Source: a virus (lineage: Duplodnaviria > Caudoviricetes). From it: 33,351 bases of DNA. The notes under the pieces are model-generated. The model saw nothing but the letters and a program-made list of their open reading frames with translations. It did no database searches and was not told the origin of the DNA. Below are positions 17,545 to 26,110 of the stretch, piece after piece. Location: the IMG/VR virus record IMGVR_UViG_3300009095_000043, positions 1-33,351 of that record. One strand, given 5' to 3'. The position numbers were made by a program, and so were the translations under genes. Position 1 is the stretch's first letter. Each line of letters opens with the position of its first letter.

Positions 17545-18047
17545 CCGTCAAGGATAGCTGGCGGCTCTGCCCATGGGCGGACGCGCTCTATAGCTGCGAC
17601 CATCACTGGTGGGTCGCTCATAAGGGCGTGACGGCATTCGAGGGAATGAAGATCGGCCAAGACCCGCTGACGGTCAAATACTGGCCCGAGGTCAAGCAGG
17701 CGACGATCCTCCGGGGCCACGACCGCATGCTGTTCGACAAGATCGGAACGGTCGGCTGGGGCGGCAATTCCGGGTTCCACGCGGTCAATATGGCCGCTCA
17801 ATTCGGGGCGGCGAAGATCGTCATGGCCGGCATCGATTTCACCGTCGCCTTTGGGCGGCACTGGTTCGGGCAACATGCCTACCGATCGAACAGCCCAAGC
17901 GAGGTCAACGTGAAGCGGTGGCAGAAGGTACTGGACGCCACTGCGCCCTCGCTCGCCGAGCGCGGGATCAGGGTGATCAATTGCAGCGAGATTTCCACGT
18001 TGCGGGCCTTTGAACGGATGACCTTCCAGGAGGCGCTCGAATGCTGA
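17421..18047 (+). CDS. Maf/DUF115 (sialyltransferase-like) glycosyltransferase domain, probably reached by -1 frameshift from 17296
   Basis: Frame open from 17421: WPDWRGETVVVVASGPSAK...AVKDSWRLCPWADALYSCDHHWW...GNSGFHAVNMAAQFGAAKIVMAGIDF...VINCS; first start codon (GTG 17628) lies after the ASGPS motif. Confidence 0.8.
   Translation, partial: DAATPFVRWPDWRGETVVVVASGPSAKDIPLEIGRGKARFLAVKDSWRLCPWADALYSCDHHWWVAHKGVTAFEGMKIGQDPLTVKYWPEVKQATILRGHDRMLFDKIGTVGWGGNSGFHAVNMAAQFGAAKIVMAGIDFTVAFGRHWFGQHAYRSNSPSEVNVKRWQKVLDATAPSLAERGIRVINCSEISTLRAFERMTFQEALEC
17433..17439 (+). other. -1 frameshift slippery heptamer C-CCT-TTG
   Basis: X XXY YYZ in the 17296 frame; -1 frame is the GT frame; GC-rich hairpin starts about 6 nt downstream. 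Confidence 0.7.
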
Positions 18048-18604
18048 AAGTGGTGAGCGCGCCGACTTCGGAAGTCATCACGCTGGCGGAATTGAAGAAG
18101 CACGTTCGCGTCGACACGGCCGACGACAACAGCGTTCTCGAAACGCTGCTGAAGGCGGCGACCGAGAAATTCGAGGAGCGGGCGATGATTACCGTCCGCC
18201 CGACCGGATTTGAACTGACGCTTCCCGGCTTCGGCTCCTGCATCGAGCTTCCCGCCTATCCGCTGCGGGCGGTGACGAGCATTTCGTATGTCGACACGGA
18301 CGGCATGACGCAGGCCGTCAGTTCGGCCAATTATTCGGTGGTCGAGACGCCGGAAGGGGCCAGGATCGTCTTCAACGACAATTGGTCGGCGCCGTCGCTC
18401 GACGATGACGTCCCCGAGCCGGTCACCATCGCATTCGAGGCTGGATACGACGATCCGGAATCGACCGAGGGCGATCTTCCCCTGAAGGCGAAGATACAGA
18501 TCGCGATCGTGATGCTGGTCGGCCACTGGTACGACGGCGGCGGCGTTGCCGACCTGCCGTTCGGGTTCGAGAGCATCGCAAAGCAGGAGCGCATTTTCCG
18601 GTGA
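18041..18604 (+). CDS. Head-tail connector (gp6-like adaptor)
   Basis: ITLAELKKHVRVD...DDNSVLETLLKAAT...IQIAIVMLVGHWY. Confidence 0.9.
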   Translation: MLKVVSAPTSEVITLAELKKHVRVDTADDNSVLETLLKAATEKFEERAMITVRPTGFELTLPGFGSCIELPAYPLRAVTSISYVDTDGMTQAVSSANYSVVETPEGARIVFNDNWSAPSLDDDVPEPVTIAFEAGYDDPESTEGDLPLKAKIQIAIVMLVGHWYDGGGVADLPFGFESIAKQERIFR

Positions 18605-19323
18605 AGCAGTCGATCTGGATAGGGTTTGACCCTCGCGAAACGGACGCCTTCGCGGTGGCGCGGCATTCCATTGAGCGCCGGATGAATCTGCCTATTCCGA
18701 TTCGGGGCGTGGTGCTGACTGATCTTCGCAATGGACAGCTTTACACCCGGCCTACGAGCCGCAGGGAAGGGCGGTTGTGGGACGATATCTCCGAAGCCCC
18801 GATGGCGACGGAATTTGCCTGCTCCAGGTTCCTTGTGCCGACGCTGGCAAAGGCGGGCCTTGCGCTGTTCATGGACGCCGACATGCTGGTCCGTGGCGAC
18901 ATCGCGAAGCTGTTCGCGCTCGCGGATCCGAAGAAGGCGGTCATGGTCGTCAAGCACGATCACCGGCCGCCGGAAGGCGTGAAGATGGACGGCCAGGCGC
19001 AGACCCGGTACGCCCGAAAGAACTGGTCATCGGTGATGTTGTTCAACGTCGACCATCCCGCGAACAAGGCGCTGACGGTTGAGCTTTGCAATTCGGTCCC
19101 CGGCCGCGACCTGCACCGGTTCTGCTGGCTTGAAGATGACCAGATCGGCGCACTGCCGGCAGAGTATAATTATCTCGTCGGGCATACCAAGGGCGTCGAC
19201 GATCCGAAGATCGTCCACTTCACCGACGGCATTCCGAGCATGGACGGATACGGGGAATGCGAGTTCGCTGACGAATGGCGGGCCGAACTGAGAGACTGGG
19301 CGAAGGGCGGGGCTATCCTGTGA
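18601..19323 (+). CDS. GT-A glycosyltransferase (GT8-like)
   Basis: IWIGFDPRE, TEFACSRFLVP, FMDADML (DxD), RKNWSSVMLFN, IVHFTDG. Confidence 0.88.
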   Translation: MKQSIWIGFDPRETDAFAVARHSIERRMNLPIPIRGVVLTDLRNGQLYTRPTSRREGRLWDDISEAPMATEFACSRFLVPTLAKAGLALFMDADMLVRGDIAKLFALADPKKAVMVVKHDHRPPEGVKMDGQAQTRYARKNWSSVMLFNVDHPANKALTVELCNSVPGRDLHRFCWLEDDQIGALPAEYNYLVGHTKGVDDPKIVHFTDGIPSMDGYGECEFADEWRAELRDWAKGGAIL

Positions 19324-20051
19324 GGTTCCTCGCCATCTCGACGTTCAACACGGCTGGACTGCAGAAGTACGGTCGCCGGATGATATCGAGCTTCTGCCGG
19401 CAGTGGCCTGAAGAAGTTCCGCTGAGGCTGTATTCCGAGGGCTGGAAAGAGGAATTTCCGGCGGTCGCGGTTTATGACCTTCTGGCCTCGTCGCCTTGGC
19501 TGGCGGCCTTCAAGGCCCGGCACAAGGCCCGGACGTTTCGAGACTATCGCTGGGATGCGGTTCGGTTCGCGCACAAGGTCGCGGCTGTCTGCCATGCCGC
19601 AAGGGGCCCTGCCGACTATCTGATCTGGCTTGACGGCGACACGTTCACGCATTCGCCGATCTCGGTTGCTGATCTGGAGCAACTGGCTCCGAAAACGGAA
19701 TGGATAGCATGGCTCGACCGGGCGAAGTCCTACCCGGAGTGCGGGTTCTACATATTGAATTGCCGTCATCCCCGGCATTTCGAGATGATCGTCACGCTTG
19801 AGCGGATGTATCGGGATGATGATCTTTTCGGCCTGAAGGAATTCCACGACAGCTACGTTCTGGAGCAGGTCGTGAAGATGGCCGGTATCGAGACGAAATC
19901 GCTGTCTGGGGAAGGGTATCGCACCAATCATCCGGTCATAAACGGCCCGCTCAGTCAGTGGTTTGACCACATGAAGGGAGCCCGAAAAGACATCGGGCGC
20001 ACACCAGCCGGCGAGCGCCAAGTAAGGGACGGAGTGGCGTACTGGTCATGA
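19320..20051 (+). CDS. GT-A glycosyltransferase
   Basis: GTGA-coupled start; AVRFAHKVAA, LIWLDGDT (DxD), ECGF, HDSYV, DHMKG. Confidence 0.82.
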   Translation: MRFLAISTFNTAGLQKYGRRMISSFCRQWPEEVPLRLYSEGWKEEFPAVAVYDLLASSPWLAAFKARHKARTFRDYRWDAVRFAHKVAAVCHAARGPADYLIWLDGDTFTHSPISVADLEQLAPKTEWIAWLDRAKSYPECGFYILNCRHPRHFEMIVTLERMYRDDDLFGLKEFHDSYVLEQVVKMAGIETKSLSGEGYRTNHPVINGPLSQWFDHMKGARKDIGRTPAGERQVRDGVAYWS

Positions 20052-20728
20052 CCGGCTTCTGCATCGTCGCCTATTCTTGGGGAGACAAGTACAGCGCCGA
20101 GCATGTCCAGAGACTTCAGCGCGGCGTCGCGCGGAACCTGAAGATGCCGCACCGCTTCGTTCTTGTCTCGGACGACGGGCGCGAGGCCGATGGCTGCGAA
20201 AGCTGGCGAATTCCGGACGAGGACTTGCACCTTACCAAGGTTGCGGGCTGCTTCGCACGGTTGAGGCTGTTCGATCCGATCTATCTGGCCGACCACGGCG
20301 CGGAGCGGGTCGTCGTGCTTGATCTGGACTCGATCATCACCGGGCCGCTGGATGATGTGCTCGATCGGCCGGAACCGTTCGTGATCTTCCAAGGGTGCAA
20401 CGCGGCCAATCCTTGTCCCTACAACGGGTCAACATGGCTCCTGCAGGCTGGCTATCGACCCGACGTCTGGTTGGACTTCTCGCTGGAAGCTGCGGCGCGG
20501 GTGCCGTTCTACCTATACCCTGAGGACCAGGCCTGGATGGCTGCCAAGATACCGAACGCGCCGGGCTGGAAGGTCGGGCCGGAGAGCGGGCTTTACGGCT
20601 TCCAAAAGAAGCACTGGACGTCCGGAGAGAAACTGGCCCCAAATGCTCGCATTGTCACCTTCGTTGGAGCCCGCGACCCCGCCCACTTCCTCCATCTCGA
20701 CTGGGTCAAGCGCCATTGGCTGGCATAA
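20048..20728 (+). CDS. GT-A glycosyltransferase
   Basis: WGDKYSAEHV, RLRLF, VVLDLDSIITG (DxD), YNGS, EDQAW, IVTFVG. Confidence 0.85.
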   Translation: MTGFCIVAYSWGDKYSAEHVQRLQRGVARNLKMPHRFVLVSDDGREADGCESWRIPDEDLHLTKVAGCFARLRLFDPIYLADHGAERVVVLDLDSIITGPLDDVLDRPEPFVIFQGCNAANPCPYNGSTWLLQAGYRPDVWLDFSLEAAARVPFYLYPEDQAWMAAKIPNAPGWKVGPESGLYGFQKKHWTSGEKLAPNARIVTFVGARDPAHFLHLDWVKRHWLA

Positions 20729-21515
20729 CGCGGCGTTCTTCATCCCGAACATCGTCAACGAATACAAGCGGACGAAGCTGTTCGGGCCGATCTCTAAAAA
20801 GGCCGCTGTTGTCATCGAGGGCAACGGAAGGAACGACGCCGAGACGCTCGCCAAGGTGCCAGACGATCTGGTGCCGATCATCGGCTGCACCTATGAAATC
20901 CGGCACCTGATCAAGGATTGGCTCAGGACCGGCAGGCGCTTCATTTATTGGGACAGGGGATATGTCAGCCGCGGCGGCAAGGCATGGCTGCCGACGCGGG
21001 GATGGTGCCATTACCGCTGGCAGTTGAACGGCTACCAGATGACTGGGATCGACCCGAAGGCATCAAAGGATCGGTGGCGCATGCGCCGGCAGCCGGTGCA
21101 GCCGTGGCGGAAGGTCGGAGGGCATATCGTCATCGCGGCGCCGTCGCCGGCCTATTCGCGGTTTCACGAGTTGGACGGCTGGTGGCTGGAGAAGGTGCTG
21201 GAAGCAGCACATGCAACCGGCCGCAAGGTCATCGTGCGGCAGAAGGACACGACGCGCCCGCTCGCCAGGGAATTGGAAGGTGCCCACTGCCTGGTCACGC
21301 ATGGCAGCGTGGCGGCGGTCGAGGCGGTGATCATGGGCTACCCGGTATTCGTGGATGAGACATCGGCGGCGGCAATGGTCGGGCGAACCGATCTGGACCT
21401 TGAAAACCCGGTAATGCCGGATCGGACTGCCTGGCTTCATTCATTGGCAAACGCGCAGTTTAACCTGCCGGAAATCCTGAGCGGAGAGTGCTGGAAATGG
21501 ATGGCACGGACCTAG
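20643..21515 (+). CDS. KpsS/KpsC-like (capsule synthesis) GT-B glycosyltransferase; start uncertain
   Basis: IYWDRGY, VIVRQK, AHCLVTHGSVAAVEAVIMGYPVF. Confidence 0.75.
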   Translation: MLALSPSLEPATPPTSSISTGSSAIGWHNAAFFIPNIVNEYKRTKLFGPISKKAAVVIEGNGRNDAETLAKVPDDLVPIIGCTYEIRHLIKDWLRTGRRFIYWDRGYVSRGGKAWLPTRGWCHYRWQLNGYQMTGIDPKASKDRWRMRRQPVQPWRKVGGHIVIAAPSPAYSRFHELDGWWLEKVLEAAHATGRKVIVRQKDTTRPLARELEGAHCLVTHGSVAAVEAVIMGYPVFVDETSAAAMVGRTDLDLENPVMPDRTAWLHSLANAQFNLPEILSGECWKWMART

Positions 21516-21832
21516 ACCGCAGCATCACCGTCCAGCGCTTCACTTCGATGCCAAACGAGTTTAACGAGCCGGTAGAGACGTGGGCGAACTATGTCACGGT
21601 GCGGGCGAAGCGCAGCGATGTGAGCGACGGCGAGAAGTTCGCAGCCGGGCAGGTCGGCTCGTCTCTCCGTGCGCGGTTCACGATCCGCTCGTCGACCGAG
21701 GCGCGGACGATCACGCCGGTTGATCGCATTGTGCATGAGAGCAAAACTTGGTCGATCCACGGCGTGAAGGAAGCCAACGAAGGACGCCGCCGGTTCATCG
21801 AGATCACGGCGGTGAAGGACGCCGATGGCTAA
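21497..21832 (+). CDS. Head closure protein
   Basis: MDGTDLDRSITVQR...NEFNEPVETW...SDGEKFAAGQ...RFTIR; GGAG RBS. Confidence 0.9.
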   Translation: MDGTDLDRSITVQRFTSMPNEFNEPVETWANYVTVRAKRSDVSDGEKFAAGQVGSSLRARFTIRSSTEARTITPVDRIVHESKTWSIHGVKEANEGRRRFIEITAVKDADG

Positions 21833-22301
21833 GACGACGGTTCACGTCGAGGGCCTGCGCGAACTGGACGCTGCCCTTGGCGAATTGCCCAAGACGACCG
21901 GCAAGGCGGTGCTGCGGCGGGTGCTGAAGAAGGCAGGCCAGCCGATCGCGGACGACATGCGGGCCAAGGCTCCTGACGATCCGGTCACGCATGGCAACGA
22001 TTTGCGCTCGTCGATAGCGGTCAGCACAAAACTATCGAAGCGGCAGGCAAAGCTGCACCGCAAGATGTTCAAGAACGACAAGGCGTCGGCCGAGGTGTTC
22101 GTCGGTGCCGGGCCGCTTCCATACGCCCATTTGCAGGAGTTCGGCACGGCCCATCACGGGCCGCAGGCATTCGCCCGGCCGGCATGGGACGCCAACAAGG
22201 GCCGGGCGCTCGACATCATCGCCAACGACCTCGGCGGCGGGATCATGAAGGCGGCGAAGCGTCTGGCGAAGAAGGCCGCACGGCAGGCCGCGAAAGGCTG
22301 A
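21825..22301 (+). CDS. HK97 gp10-like tail completion protein
   Basis: VEGLRELDAAL...LRSSI...YAHLQEFGTAHHGPQAFARPAWD. Confidence 0.9.
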   Translation: MAKTTVHVEGLRELDAALGELPKTTGKAVLRRVLKKAGQPIADDMRAKAPDDPVTHGNDLRSSIAVSTKLSKRQAKLHRKMFKNDKASAEVFVGAGPLPYAHLQEFGTAHHGPQAFARPAWDANKGRALDIIANDLGGGIMKAAKRLAKKAARQAAKG

Positions 22302-22305
22302 TCCA

Positions 22306-22695
22306 TTGGAAGAAACGATCACCGCCCTGCTTTCCGGGGTTGCTTCCGGCCGCCGGTATTGGGGCCGAGCGCCGCAGACCATCAACGCGGATGCTGGGCC
22401 GTATCTGGTGATGAACCGCATCGACGGCGTGCGCGATTACGTCATGGGCGGACCGTCCGGCTATGTCGCAAGCCGAGTCCAGATCGACGCCTACGGCAAG
22501 ACCTACACCGCGACGAAGGCGGCGGCGCGGGCGGCAATGGATGCGCTGTCAGGCCAGACCGTCGTCAGCACCACGGCGACCATACAGGCGATCTTCATCG
22601 ATTCCGAACGTGACCTCCCGGCGGCCGACGCGGGAGAAGTGACGCATCTTTTCCGCACGTCGGTCGACATCATCGTTCATCACCTGGAGAACTGA
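22306..22695 (+). CDS. Tail terminator (DUF3168-like)
   Basis: RRYWGRAPQ...PYLVM...SRVQIDAYG...FRTSVD; TTG start. Confidence 0.85.
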   Translation: MEETITALLSGVASGRRYWGRAPQTINADAGPYLVMNRIDGVRDYVMGGPSGYVASRVQIDAYGKTYTATKAAARAAMDALSGQTVVSTTATIQAIFIDSERDLPAADAGEVTHLFRTSVDIIVHHLEN

Positions 22696-22699
22696 AATC

Positions 22700-23125
22700 A
22701 TGACCGAAGCTGCAATCGGCTACCTTTCCGAGTTCCGGCTCGGCGATGGAGCCTCCCCCGAAGTGTTCACGGCTGTTGCCGAAGTATTCAGCATCACGCC
22801 GCCGAGCGACGCCGCAGACGTGGTTGACGCCACGCATATGGCGAGCCCGAACCGGACCCGCGAATATATTGACGGGCTGATCGACCCCGGCGAGGCATCT
22901 TTCGAAATGAACTTTGTTCCGGGCGGGCCGGGAGATAACGCTATCCAGACATGGAAGGCGGCTGGCGGAAACAAGAATTGCCAGATCAAGTTCCCGAACG
23001 GCGTGCTTTGGACGTTCGCAGGCCTTCTGACCGGTTACACGCCGACTGTCCCGGTCGATGACCGCATGACGGCAACTGTCACCATCAAGGTCACCGGCTC
23101 TTATGCGACCGGGCTGGAGACTTAA
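22700..23125 (+). CDS. Major tail tube protein
   Basis: VDATHMASPNRTREYIDGLIDPGE...TIKVTG; GGAG RBS. Confidence 0.92.
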   Translation: MTEAAIGYLSEFRLGDGASPEVFTAVAEVFSITPPSDAADVVDATHMASPNRTREYIDGLIDPGEASFEMNFVPGGPGDNAIQTWKAAGGNKNCQIKFPNGVLWTFAGLLTGYTPTVPVDDRMTATVTIKVTGSYATGLET

Positions 23126-23128
23126 TAG

Positions 23129-23500
23129 ATGGCAAACCCCCATCGTGGACAAGTTGACCTGAAGGCCGGCGACAAGATTTACACTCTGTCGTTTTCCATC
23201 AACGCCATGTGCGAGCTTGAGGCTCATTTTGATGAGCCGATCACCAAGATCGCGGCCCGACTGCAAGACCCGGATGAAGTCTCGATGACGAACATCCGGG
23301 CTCTGCTCTGGGCGGCTTTGCTTGATGGCCGTCCGGAGATGAAGAACAGCCCCAATGGCGGTCTCGATTTCGCAGGCCTGCTTTTGAACGAGGCCGGCGT
23401 CGCCGAGGCCATGGATGCTATCGGCCGCGCCTTTGCCAATGCATTCCCTGCGGAGGCGAGCGGCAAGGCAAACCCTCGCAAGGCAGCGAAGGCTTCCTAG
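23129..23500 (+). CDS. Tail assembly chaperone (gpG-like)
   Basis: MANPHRGQV...TLSFSINAMCELE; between tail tube and tape measure. Confidence 0.88.
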   Translation: MANPHRGQVDLKAGDKIYTLSFSINAMCELEAHFDEPITKIAARLQDPDEVSMTNIRALLWAALLDGRPEMKNSPNGGLDFAGLLLNEAGVAEAMDAIGRAFANAFPAEASGKANPRKAAKAS

Positions 23501-23796
23501 AGCCGCTTTCGCTGCTGAAAACGTGGGTGGAGTGCGGGCAAGACCCGGACTTGTTCTGGCGTCTCACCTATCGGGAAACACAGGCGGTTATCGACGGGGC
23601 TGCAAACCGGTTCCGTCGCGAGCATGACGACCGTGCTTGGCTGGCCTGGCATATCGAGGCCCTTCACCGGAGCAAGCGTCTGCCGAAGCTGAAAACGCTG
23701 ATGCACAACGCGCGGCCCGCGAAGAAGCGGCAACAGACCGTCGACGAACAGATCGCCATCGCTCAAATGTGGCACGCGGCAGTAACGAGGCACTGA
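23470..23796 (+). CDS. Tail assembly chaperone extension (gpGT-like) via -1 frameshift at A-AAC-CCT (23470-23476)
   Basis: Heptamer in frame; -1 frame open ...LLKTWVECGQDPDLFWRLTYRE...AWLAWHIEAL. Confidence 0.82.
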   Translation, partial: KPSQGSEGFLEPLSLLKTWVECGQDPDLFWRLTYRETQAVIDGAANRFRREHDDRAWLAWHIEALHRSKRLPKLKTLMHNARPAKKRQQTVDEQIAIAQMWHAAVTRH

Positions 23797-23797
23797 T

Positions 23798-25609
23798 ATG
23801 GCAAATGCCGTGATCGGCTCGCTCAGGGTCAATTTGGGCCTCGACAGCGCCAACTTTCAAACCGGCCTGAAGTCCTCCCAGAAAGACCTCGACGCCTTCG
23901 CCAAGAAGATCGCCGTCGGTGCTGCTGCTGTCACTGCGGCAGCAACGGCAATGGCGACGGCTCTTGCCGTATCGATCAAGCGCACGATCGATCAGGCGGA
24001 TGAGCTTTCCAAGGCGGCTCAGAAGTTCGGCGTTGCCACGGACGAACTGTCGAAGCTGAAATATGCCGCTGACCTGTCTGGCGTTTCGCTCGAAAGCTTG
24101 GGCAAGGGTATCCAGCGTCTTTCCCGCAATGTGGTCGATGCGTCGGCGGGGCTGAAGACGCCACAGGCTGCATTTGAAGCCCTTGGGGTATCGATCAAGA
24201 ACGCGGACGGTTCTCTGCGTTCGTCGACCGATATCATGGCGCAAGTCGCGGATCGTTTCGCGGCAATGGAAGACGGCACGGCAAAGACCGCTGCTGCCCT
24301 GATGCTGTTCGGGCGCGCTGGTGGCGATCTCATTCCGCTGCTTAATGGCGGTGCCGCCGGTATCAAGGAACTGACGGACGAAGCCGAAAGGCTTGGACTT
24401 GTCATCGATAGCCAGACGGGACGGGCTGCGGAAGCGTTCAACGACAACCTGACCCGCCTTCAGAGGACGTGGGACGGCGTAGTCACCAAGATCACGGCCA
24501 ACCTTGTTCCCTCGCTTGAGTTGCTTTCCGAGCAATTCCTGAAGGTGGCGAGCAATGCCGGGTTCATCGAAACGGCGTCGTCCGGTGTCATCAATGCGCT
24601 GTCGTGGGTGGCCAACGAAGTTGCACAACTGGCGATCCTGGGATCACGGCTCAACGTCGAACTTGCCGGGCTTATGGAGGCATTCTCCCGGCTCAACAAT
24701 TACGACTTCAGCGGTGCTTGGCAGGCGTTTCAGGATGGCCAAAACGCTTCCGCTGAGATGGCGGCAAAGATCAAGGCTGACATTGAAGGCATCTTCGACG
24801 GTACGAACGTTTCGCAGGGCGGTATCCAGCGGCGAATAGATGATGCCTTCGGGGATGTCGGGACCAGCGCCGGTCAGAATTTTGTTGCCAAGTTTGCAGA
24901 GGCGTCATCTTCGGCCGGGGCAGCGGAAACGCTGGCTGCCAGAATGCAGGAAGGCGCGCTTGCTCTCCAAATGAGCCTCATGACCGAGGCGGAAATGGAA
25001 CGGGCCAGCTATGCCGAACGCCTGATCGCGCTGGAGGATTTCTATAACGCCGGACTGCTGATCGATGCCGATTATCACGAAATGCGGGAGCGTCTTCAGG
25101 AAGAGCATTCCGCCCGCATGGCAGAGATAGCTGCCGATCAGGAGGCGAGGCAGAGGGACGCTCAGTATCAGGCGCTTGGTGACCTGTCGGCGACTATGGC
25201 GAATATTGGTCGAGTGCTGGAGTCGCAGGGCTCCCGCAACATGGAGATCAGCAAGGCCTTTGGCATCGCATCCGCGCTGATCAACACCTACGTCGGCGCT
25301 AGCCAGGTTCTTTCCGATCCGACGCTGACCACGTTCGCGAAGTTCGCTGGAGTTGCGGCTGTGATCTCTTCTGGCTTGGCTCAGGTTGCCAGTATTCGTT
25401 CCGTCAGCAAGGGCGGTGGTGGTGGCCAAAGGGTATCGACAGGCTCGATGGTGAATGGCGGGGAGAACGGAGGCGGGGCTTCTCCGCAGCAGGCCATATC
25501 GATAACGCTCAACGGCGAAATGCAGTCTACGCAGTCGGTTTACGACCTTCTGGAGCAGATAAACGACGCGACTGCGGACGGCCACAAACTGGTGATCAGG
25601 CGGGCGTAG
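23798..25609 (+). CDS. Tail tape measure protein
   Basis: 603 aa, Ala-rich helical, VIGSLRVNLGLDSANF N-terminus, follows the chaperones. Confidence 0.92.
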   Translation: MANAVIGSLRVNLGLDSANFQTGLKSSQKDLDAFAKKIAVGAAAVTAAATAMATALAVSIKRTIDQADELSKAAQKFGVATDELSKLKYAADLSGVSLESLGKGIQRLSRNVVDASAGLKTPQAAFEALGVSIKNADGSLRSSTDIMAQVADRFAAMEDGTAKTAAALMLFGRAGGDLIPLLNGGAAGIKELTDEAERLGLVIDSQTGRAAEAFNDNLTRLQRTWDGVVTKITANLVPSLELLSEQFLKVASNAGFIETASSGVINALSWVANEVAQLAILGSRLNVELAGLMEAFSRLNNYDFSGAWQAFQDGQNASAEMAAKIKADIEGIFDGTNVSQGGIQRRIDDAFGDVGTSAGQNFVAKFAEASSSAGAAETLAARMQEGALALQMSLMTEAEMERASYAERLIALEDFYNAGLLIDADYHEMRERLQEEHSARMAEIAADQEARQRDAQYQALGDLSATMANIGRVLESQGSRNMEISKAFGIASALINTYVGASQVLSDPTLTTFAKFAGVAAVISSGLAQVASIRSVSKGGGGGQRVSTGSMVNGGENGGGASPQQAISITLNGEMQSTQSVYDLLEQINDATADGHKLVIRRA

Positions 25610-26030
25610 CGGCAGTCATTTCTATTTCGGGGAACGGCTCCCATACTGCTTCTTTGCAGTGCGCCGCCAACTGCATCTGCATATCGCGGCCGGAAAGCGC
25701 CGATGTGACCTTGTTCCCGGCAATCGACATGACGACGAGTTCCCGGCCTGTGTATCCGCCCATGCGGTTTTTGGCGTTCGCTTTGATGCAAACGATCCAT
25801 GACTGCTTCGGCACGATGTTCGAACCGTCGAAAAGTGCTGTTGCATAAAGCGGCTGCGAAATCTCGGCGTCGCGGACGCTGTAGGGGTCAAAGAACGTGT
25901 TTTTCACCTCGGCAACTACCGCTTCACGGTAGCCAACAGGTGGTGGTGGCGCGGTGTTTGGCGGCGTAGCCGTAGCACTTGCCGAACACCCCGCCACGGC
26001 CAGCCCGGCCAACAGAACAAACCATTTCAT
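25596..26030 (-). CDS. Antisense lipoprotein (moron, candidate superinfection exclusion)
   Basis: GGAGG RBS; MKWFVLLAGLAVAG-C lipobox; VCIKANAKNRMGGYTG; own promoter-like TTGCAG-N18-TAGGGT. Confidence 0.82.
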   Translation of the reverse strand: MKWFVLLAGLAVAGCSASATATPPNTAPPPPVGYREAVVAEVKNTFFDPYSVRDAEISQPLYATALFDGSNIVPKQSWIVCIKANAKNRMGGYTGRELVVMSIAGNKVTSALSGRDMQMQLAAHCKEAVWEPFPEIEMTAATPA

Positions 26031-26110
26031 TCCCGCCTCCCGATCCAAAGGGCGGCAACCCTAACGCACAGCGCGGGGGAACTGCAACCATGACGAGAGA
26101 ACAGCGCTAG

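Noticed and set aside
18601-21515. GT cassette as a DNA hypermodification or serotype-conversion locus
   Set aside because: No base-modifying or nucleotide-metabolism genes, no GtrABC-like membrane proteins, and the genes are coupled within the late structural operon; disfavoured but not experimentally excluded
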